Shown here: positions 1-9,500 of the stretch, in pieces
Position numbering within the stretch: position 1 is the first letter of the stretch
Layout of the letters: each line of letters begins with the position of its first letter
From: Spirochaetota bacterium
Lineage (GTDB): Bacteria; Spirochaetota; UBA4802; UBA5550
DNA length: 64,000 nucleotides
Direction: 5' to 3'
NCBI GenBank assembly: GCA_050298055.1
Contig: JBNKTL010000001.1
Coordinates: 70,979-134,978 of the forward strand
Notes under the pieces: model-generated
The model's database searches: none
Told to the model about the DNA's origin: nothing
What the model saw: only the letters and a program-made list of their open reading frames with translations
Made by a program: the position numbers and the translations under genes

Positions 1-522
1 GGTGTGGGTAAAGGATCACTCTACAGGTATTTTAAAAGCAAGGAAGATCTTCTCACTGAACTCCTTTCAGAGAAATATGAGGAGATCATCAAGGAGTTCA
101 ATGCCATCTTTTCTAAGGAACCCGACCTGATCAGGCAGATTGAAGAGTTGATACGGTTCTGGGTAACATTCATTGAAGAGAACCATGAGGTATATACGCT
201 TATCCAGAGTGAGGCTATTACACAGAAAACCGGAAACAGGGACATGTTCTATGATTATGTTATCACTCATCTCCCCATGTTTAAGGAGAGAGTGGTTTCA
301 TTTAATATTGAGAAGAAGATCAAGACTACCAGCTTTTACAGCGTGTTCTACGGAATACTCGGATTTATTGACGGTGTGGTCTATAAATGGACACGAAACA
401 ACATGAACTACCCGCTCAGGGATGAAATCCCGATAATCCTGGAGGTCCTTTTCAACGGCTTCATTGGTGAAAACTGGACAAAAAAGAGATACTATCAACC
501 TGCAGAAAAGAGGACAGAGTAA
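1..522 (+). CDS. TetR/AcrR family transcriptional regulator (5'-truncated by window edge)
   Basis: Frame open from base 1; begins inside the TetR HTH (GVGKGSLYRYFKSKEDLL) followed by a helical ligand-binding domain. Confidence 0.9.
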   Translation, partial: GVGKGSLYRYFKSKEDLLTELLSEKYEEIIKEFNAIFSKEPDLIRQIEELIRFWVTFIEENHEVYTLIQSEAITQKTGNRDMFYDYVITHLPMFKERVVSFNIEKKIKTTSFYSVFYGILGFIDGVVYKWTRNNMNYPLRDEIPIILEVLFNGFIGENWTKKRYYQPAEKRTE

Positions 523-595
523 AAACCTCTTCTCAGGCAGAGAGAATATCCACAGATACAAATTAACAACCAGCAATAATAAACAGGAGAACATC

Positions 596-3500
596 ATGAT
601 TAAACGTATTCTAGACTCAAAGCAACCGGTAATTATCTATAATCCCCCAAAAGTATTCAGCATGGATTACTTCAGGGAGTGCTACCGGTCCGGGGCCCTG
701 CCTGTATTCGATTCTGAATTCTTCAGCAACAGTGAGATTATCTCAATACTGGAAAAAGTATCAACTGAGGAGTTTCTCTTTGGTATCAGGCTGAAGGTTG
801 ATAACAGGGAGCTCGTAGATTATCTGAAAAATACGGATATTCTCAATCTCGATGTGGTGATTTTTCACTACAACAACTCCGAGGAGCTGAACACTTTTGA
901 GTTTGATAACCCCAATTATAAACTTGTCCTTGAAGTTATTGATATTGATATTAATGACACACTGGAGAAACTCCTTCCCCACGCCCTTATTCTCAAAGGA
1001 AATGAGGCCCCCGGAAAGGTCTCCAAGTTTACATCCATGATCCTTCTCCAGTACTACCGGGAAAAAACGGAATTTCCCGTTATTATTCACGGAGGCGTAG
1101 GATTCCATACCGCACCCGGAATTTTTGCCGCGGGAGCAAGCGGAATTGTACTTGATAACCAGCTCTACCTCACAGACGAAGCGCCCCTGTCGGACAACTT
1201 CAAAGAGGTCATATCCTCTCTCAAGGAGAGCGACACACAGTTAATAGGGGACTCACTCAATCAGAAGTACAGGTACAGATTTTTCGCGAAGCTTGGAACA
1301 AAGGTGGTGAAAGACCTCAAGGAGGAGGAGAGCCGCCTGAAGGGAAACAGTGCCCAGGCTGACAAGCTCTACACAAAAATATGCGATAAAATTGAATCCA
1401 TGGATAACAGCAGCGCCAATACCCTTCAGAGCCTTTTCTACCTTGGCCAGGATTCTGTCTTCTCAAAGCATTTTGTCAGGGAGACAAAAAAACTTCAGCT
1501 GGTAATAAGAAACCTCTTCCTCTCTATAGGAGAAGCCCTTGAAAGCATCGATGAGTATGATCCCCTTGTAGCCGATTCGGAAATGGCAAAAGAGCATAAC
1601 ACGAAATACCCCATCGTTCAGGGACCCATGGCTAACATCAATGATAATCCCGAGTTTGCCAAAAAGGTCTTTGAAGCCGGCGGACTTCCCTTCTTTGCCA
1701 TGGGGAACCTCCCCGAAGACCTTGCGGACAACATATTAAAAAATGGTTCGGAATTGTTCGGAAATTTCGGAGCAGGGCTTATCGGAACCCCCGATATAAA
1801 CAGGTCATTTGAGGGACACCTGAAAAGTGTAAAAAAATACGGGGTCAAATTTGCCCTTATAGCAGTGGGGATACCCTCGTATGTCAATAAGCTTGAATCC
1901 GAAGGCACAAAGACATATCTTCACACGCCCGCACTCCAGATGCTTGAAAACGCTATGAACAATAACTGTAACAGGTTTATTTTCGAGGGGAAAGAGGCCG
2001 GGGGGCATATCGGGACACTGACCAGTTTCGTTCTCTGGGAGATCGGTATTGAGAAGCTGATCAATGAGCCTGATGAAGTTTTATCCAATAAATCCGTCCT
2101 CTTTGCAGGTGGTATAGCCTCAAAAACCGGATCGCATTTTATATCCGGCATGTCTTCGCCCCTTGCAAAAAGGGGCGTAAAGGTAGGTATACAGGCCGGG
2201 ACCCCCTATCTTCTTACGGAAGAAATTCTTGAGACCGGCGCATTAAAGAAGCTGTACCAGGACCTGCTTATAGAGAGAAATATTACAACCGTTATTGGTA
2301 AAACCGTCGGTCTCTCAACACGGACGGTCGTATCGCCCTTTTCTGAGAAAATGCTTGAGAAAGAATACCAGATGATAATGGAGAAAGTCCCCCTGGGCGA
2401 AAGGAAAGAGTATTTTGAAGGAAGAAATGTGGGGTCACTTCTTATTGCCGCCAAGGCATATATTCCGGATTTTAAGAAGCTCAAAGAAGCGGGAAAACTG
2501 GAATATATTAACTATAATGATGAAGACCACTATGAAAAGGGCAACTTCCATACGGGCGAATCCATAGCCTTCTTCAACAGCCAGATCAAAATAGAGGACA
2601 TTCATAACGCGTACTTTGAGGAAAAGAAAAACCTCTCCTCCAACCTGAACATGCTTGAAATATACTCCGGCGAAAAGAACGAGATCGCCGACGAGATCGC
2701 GGTTGTGGGTATGGCATGTACCTTCCCCGACGCGGACTCCCCGGAGAAATTCTGGGAGAACATAGTCTCAAAGAAATATTCAATAAGGGAAGTCCCCGTG
2801 GAGAGGTTTGACAATTCACTCTACTACAGTGAGGACAGAAATGAAGAAGACAAGTCCTATTCAAAGATAGCGGGAGTTATTGACTATTTTGACTTCGACT
2901 ACAAGAAGTACGGATATAAGAAAACAGAAGCAAAACACCTCTCCCGGTCACAGCAGATGATCCTGGATACTGCCATGAAGGCAGTTGACAACGCGGGATA
3001 CCTTAAAGTGAAGAAACTGCCAAAGGATAAAACATCTGTCATTATCGGGACATGCCTGGGGAATGAGTTCGGCGACGACATGTACCTTCTCATCTACCAT
3101 CCGGAGATAAGGTACCATCTTGAGAAAAACGAAGAGTATAATAAACTCAGTAATAGTGATAAGGAACTCCTCCTTGAAGAACTCAAAAAGGGGATGGCAA
3201 AGGGGTTCAATCCCAAACTTCCCGACGGAGCGGCACTCAATGCCGAAGCATCAAGGATCGCGAAACACCTGGAAATTGAGGGAATCAACTATACCATAGA
3301 CGCGGCCTGCGCAACGTCACTGGCCGCACTTGACAATGCCAAGAGAGAACTCCTCTCAGGCGAATCGGATGCTGTCATCGTCGGCGGTATCCATACCAAC
3401 CTGGGGCCCGAAACATTTGTGGGCTTCGCGAAGATGGGGGCACTGTCAGGGAAGGGGTCCTTCCCTTTTGATGACAGGGCAGGCGGTTTTGTCATCGGTG

Positions 3501-6500
3501 AAGGGGCCGGTGTGCTGGTCCTCAAGAGGATGAAGGATGCCATCAGGGACGGTGATACTATCCACGCCGTTATTAAGGGGATAGGGTCCAGTTCAGACGG
3601 GAAAGGGAAAGCCATTGCGGCGCCGAAACCTGAAGGCCAGGGTTTCGCGGTAACCAGGGCCTTTGAGGACACAAAGTCCGGGATCACCACAGGTGATGTG
3701 GGATTTATTGAAGCCCACGGAACAGCAACTCTTATGGGTGACAGCACAGAGGTCAAGAACCTGATCAATACCTATAAAACCAATTCCCCTATCGGGATCA
3801 GCTCTATCAAATCACAGATAGGGCACCTCCTGGGAGGCGCCGGGGCAGCGGGAATGATAAAGGCCATCCTTGCGCTTAAGAACAAAACTCTTCCGCCAAA
3901 CGGCCAGTTTGAAACACCCTCCACGAAGTTCAACCTGGAGAACACCCCCTTCTTTGTTGTAACCGATGCCACGGAATGGAAGGTGGACGAGGGAAAAACC
4001 AGGATCGCGGGAGTCAGCTCTTTCGGTTTCGGGGGCATTAATTATCATGTCCTCATGGAGGAGTATACGGAAAACTACCGTCCCGTGAAAAGGGAGATAT
4101 TCAGAAATCCCGAATACGATTTCAATGACGACAGGATCGTTATCGCCGGTCTCGGTGTGGTGCTCCCGGGCGCCGATAACATCGATGATTTCTGGAAAAA
4201 TCTTGAAAGCGGAAAAAATGTCATCACAGAAATACCCGACTCGCGCTTTCACAATGAGTACTATGCCCGGGAGAAGGACCCCATTCTCCATATTCCCAAA
4301 ATCAAATCGGGTGTTGTCAATGACTACAAGTTCAACAACCTGAAATACAAGATACCTCCCTCAATCCAGAACTCAATAGACAGGGTCCAGTGCTTTGCCA
4401 TCGACTCAGCCACCCAGGCAATTGAGCAGGCGGGAATTAAAGATACATTTACAAACGGCAATAACACGGGAATTATTATCGGGACCTCAAGCGGAGAGAA
4501 ACATATTGAAAACATCTTCCGCACAAGAATTCCCTTTGTTAAAAAACTCATCAATTCACTGAAGGGTATAGATTCCGCTCAGCTCAAAAAAATATCAGAC
4601 GGCCTTGAAATATCCCTCAAGGAGAGATATGACAGAAATTCCGAAGACACTATTCCCGGTCTCCTCTCAAACATTGTGAGCGGCAGAATTGCCAATTTCT
4701 ACAACGCGAATGGCGCTAACTACACCATTGAGGCGGAATGCGCGTCCTCTGCAGTGGGAATACACCTGGCAATGAAGACCCTTCGTTCTAAAAAGGCCGA
4801 CTATATGATTGCAGGGGGCGCCGATACTAACCTCGCTCCCGCCAATCTCATGGCCTACCAGATGATCAAGGTGCTCTCCCCGGGAGAAAACAAGATCTTT
4901 GACAATACCTCATCAGGTGTCATCATGAGTGAGGGCGCAGCCGTAATGGTTCTCACCACCTATAAAAAAGCCAGGGAAGCAAATATGGATATAATCAGTG
5001 AGCTTTCAGACTTCAGCTGGAGGTCCTACGCCCATGAGAATTTCCTTGCGCCTACAACTGCCGGTTTCACAAAGACCCTTGACAGGTTTTATAAAAAAAG
5101 CCCTTTTTCAAGGAAACAGGTGGACTATATAGATGTTTTCGCATCATCCCATCCCGCGGTTGACGCATGGGAGAGAGACGCAATAGAGAAGTCATTCGTG
5201 AAGGATATCTATTTCGGCAATATTAAACCGGAAACAGGTTATTTCAGGTCAGCGAATCCCGCCGTGGTGTTGACGAAACTTGCCCTCATGGCAAAAAACA
5301 GGAAGATCCTCCCGAACTTCTCCTTCTCTGAAAAGAATACAATCATCCCAAAGGACTCAAAGATCAGGGCGGCTTCATTGTCCACGGACCTGAGCGGCAG
5401 GGACTCCATTAACCTGGCAGCAAACTTTTCCGGTCTCGGGGGAAATCATGCCCACACAATTATCCGGACCCTTCCCTCACGATTTATAAAATCCGCCGCA
5501 CGGACGCTCACTGCAGCGGCAAAGGCTGCTGCTCCGGAAGCACTCCCGGACAGCGCAGCGGCAGGAAAAGAGAAGGTCGCGGCTCTCCTCTCGGGACAGG
5601 GAGCACAGCATGCGGGAATGATGAAAGAGCTCTATGATAAATATCCGGTGATCCGTGAAATCATGGACAGGGGAGAGAAGATATTCAGAGAGGCAAGAGG
5701 ATATTCACTGCTGGAAATGATGTTCGGTGAGAATAAGGCCATAAACAGTACCGAGAACACACAACCCGCAATTTTTCTCTCTTCCGCCGCTCTTTACGAC
5801 TCTCTGAAAAAGAAGGGATTCCAGCCCGACTATATGATCGGCCACAGCGTGGGTGAGTTTACGGCCCTCTATTGCTCCGGCGTCCTCGGCTTTGAGGACG
5901 CCTTCCGGCTTATCCTCAAGCGAAGCGAGATGATGAAGGAGGCATCAGAGACGGTACCGGGCTCGATCATGGTTGCTTTCGCAAGTCCGGGAGATATTGA
6001 AAAACTGATTAAAAAATCGGGCCTGAATAATGTCTATCTTGCCAATAAGAACAGCGAGAACCAGACGGCCGTATCGGGGGGAGTTGAGGAGATCGATAAA
6101 TTCTGCTCATTCCTGAAAGGTGAAAAGGTCCAGTTCAGGAAACTGGACCTCTCCGGGGCATTTCATACCCCTCTCTTTCAGAAAGCCGCTGACGGGCTGA
6201 AGGACTATATCCGGGACCTCACATTTAACACCACGGACTATTCCCGGGTGATTTCCAATGTTACGGCAAAGAGCTATCCGGATGATCCCCGGGCAATAAA
6301 GGAACTCCTGGTGAAACAGCTTATTTCACCTGTGGAGTTTATCCAGTCTGTTGAGAACCTTTCAAAGCTGGGCGTAAAGCACTTTATGGAGATCGGACCC
6401 AACAGGATACTCACAAACCTCCTGAAAAACATCAGGATCAAGAACTACGGATCAATGCCCTCTGTAGACCCGAAAAAGGGACAGCTTGATTCTTTCGAGG

Positions 6501-9500
6501 CTTTCACCGGGTATCTTGAAGAAAATTCCCTCATCACTCCGGAGAAACCTCAAGTGGCGGAACCGGTCCCCGTGGCAGCCGTGCAGACCGGCGCCTTCAG
6601 GGGAGAAATGGCTCTTCCCGCCAGCGGAGATGCCGGTTTTGACAGCTTTCTCAGGGACAACAAAGACCATGTAAACAGCATCCTTTACAAGGAGTACCAG
6701 TATAACAGGGCCCTCCGGATGATGGAGTCACTGGACAGGTTTAACTTCTACACAGGGAGGATTGTGATATCCGGAGTCTCAATAGGGCTCCCCGGAAAAG
6801 GCCGCCACGTTTTCGAGGAGAACAACTTCGACAGGGTCCTCGCTGGAGAGAACTGCATAGACCCCATCTCCCAAAAAGATAAGGAGAACATGATCAAGAA
6901 GAATATTACCAGGATATTCAAGCAGCCTGACGGCAGCGCGCGGTTCCAGGACATCACGTCAACGGAAGATGTCATACACCTTGCGGGACAACTGGGATAC
7001 TTTGATTTAAAAGAGGACTATGGCATCGACTATGACTATGATATCACCTACGGGCTTGCCATAGCCGCGGGTATTGAAGCGCTCAAGGACGCGGGAATAC
7101 CCCTTGTGATGAACTACCAGAAGACCACAACCGGAAGCCTGATCAAAAAGGGGTATTCTCTCCCCAAAGAGATGCAGGAGGGAACAGGTGTTATCTTCTC
7201 TTCCGTTTTCTCCAGCTTCGAGACCCTCATCAACGAGATATACGGATACAATAAGGACCAGTTCTATAAGAACGTCTATAAGGACTTTGAAAGCCTTTAC
7301 TATTTCCTCATGGAGACGGTCCCCGATGCCAGGGTCAAGGAGAAAGTAACGGATTGGTTCTTCAACCTTAAGGAAGAGGTAAAGGGACATGAAGAGTATA
7401 AGTACGACAGAAACCTCCTCATGAACCTTATCCAGATGGGGGCCCCCTTCTTCGCCCAGTATATAAAGGCCAAGGGGCCGAACACGCAGCTCAATGCCGC
7501 GTGCGCCACCACAACACAGGCTGCAGGTGTCGCCGAGGACTGGATCAGGATGGGCAGGTGTGAAAGGGTCATCATCATAGGCGGTGAAGCTCCCACTACA
7601 GAAGTCCAGAACGAATGGATCACCGCCGGTTTCCTCGCGGTAGGCGCCGCGACCGTTAAAAAAACCGTAAAGGAAGCGGCAAAACCCTTTGACAAGAGCA
7701 GAAACGGAATGATCGTGGGAAGCGGCGCCGTAGCCATGATCGTGGAAAGGGAAGACAGCGTCAGGGAGAGGGGTTTTAACGGACAGGCCGAACTCCTGGG
7801 AACATATATTAAGAACAGCGCCTTTCATCCCACACGGCTGGATGTTGATCATATCACTCATGAGATGAAGTATTTCATGGAAAGCATGAAAAGGGCGCAC
7901 GGCCTCGAGGACAACTATGCCGACTCACTCCTCTTCATGTCCCATGAGACCTATACTCCCGCACGGGGAGGGTCCGCCGATGCGGAAATATCGGCCCTCC
8001 AGAACACATTTCCGGACAACTATAAAAATATTCTCATTACCAATACAAAGGGTTACACGGGACACCTTCTCGGCGTTGCCGTGGAAGATGCTATCCTTGT
8101 GAAGGCCCTTCAGAAGGGTATTGCGCCTCCCATAGCAAACCTTACGGATATTCCCGACAATTTCAAGGGACTGAAATTCAGCAGGGGAGAAAAGAACAGT
8201 TACCGGTACGGGGTCCACTTTTCGGCCGGGTTCGGATCACAGTTTGCCCTGATGTTTATCAGGAGAATCGAAGAAAAGAACAAAGAGAACAATCCCGTCT
8301 ACACCGCATGGCTGCAGAGAATTACCGGGATGACAAATCCCCAGCTGAAGATAATAAACAGGACCCTCTGCATAGACAGCGATCCCGCGGCTCCGGCAGT
8401 TAAACCCCGGGAGATACCCGCGACTGCTGTCAAAGAAACAGCTGCTCCCGGTCCTTCCGCTCCTCCTGCGGCAGGTATTGATTCGGCTGCAATTCTCAAG
8501 AAGGTGCAGGATATTATCGCCTCACAGACAGGGTACACCATGGACATGCTGGAAGAGGGGCTGGACCTGGAAGCGGACCTGGGAATCGACACCGTTAAAC
8601 AGGTGGAGATATTCGGCCTCATCTCATCGGAATACGACCTGGAGGTACCCGAGGACCTGAAGCTCTCGGAGCTCAACACAATCAGCAAGATCGTGGGATA
8701 TGTGGGAGGAAAAGTTACCCTTGCCGCTCCCGCCGCTCAAACGGCTGCAGGCGCAGATACTTCCGGAATACTCAACAAGGTGCAGGATATTATCGCCTCA
8801 CAGACAGGATACACCGTGGATATGCTGGAGGAGGGACTTGACCTGGAAGCGGACCTGGGAATCGACACCGTCAAGCAGGTGGAGATATTCGGCCTCATCT
8901 CATCGGAATACGACCTGGAGGTACCGGAAGACCTGAAGCTCTCGGAGCTCAACACAATCACTAAAATCGTTGGATATATTGGCAGGAAGGTTACCGTTGC
9001 CGCTCCTGCTGCTTCAACCGGGAAACCGGGGTCAGAGCAAACCGTTTCCCCGGCTGCCGGACAACAATCCGGTCCGGGAACTATAAGCAGGTTTGCCGTG
9101 GAGGCCGTAAAAACGAAGATGATCAGTGAAGAGAAAAATATCTTCGAGAACAAAACAATACTCGTCTCTCCCGATAAGCAGGGATTTTCCAAAAAGCTTA
9201 TTGCTGAAATTGAGAAGAGAAAGGGAAAGGCAGTTACCATTGGAAAGGGAAAGGACCATGAGATAAAATGTGACTTCAGCAAACTTGATGATGTTGAAAA
9301 CGCCGTGAGAACGGTCATTGAAAAACATCCTGAGATCAGCGGCTTCATACACCTTCTTCCCCTGGACAACTATTTCGGAAAGAGGGCCCTTAATGAGAAT
9401 GAAATAAATACCTCGGTAAAATCCCTCTTCATTATGGTAAAGGGACTCGCGGAGAAACTTAACGGACCCGGTTCAATTATTTCATCCCTCTCCTTTGACT

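Noticed and set aside
464..595. Longer PKS start given by the ORF track
   Set aside because: It overlaps the TetR gene; ATG 596 has a clear RBS
7007..7900. Long antisense ORFs (also 17892-18644, 18651-19364, 19612-20484, 33252-33899, 55415-56233)
   Set aside because: Shadow frames of well-supported genes, with no recognisable motifs
8501..8980. Direct repeat as a CRISPR array or DGR template/variable pair
   Set aside because: In-frame duplicated ACP domains with mostly synonymous differences; no spacers and no cas or reverse transcriptase genes in the window
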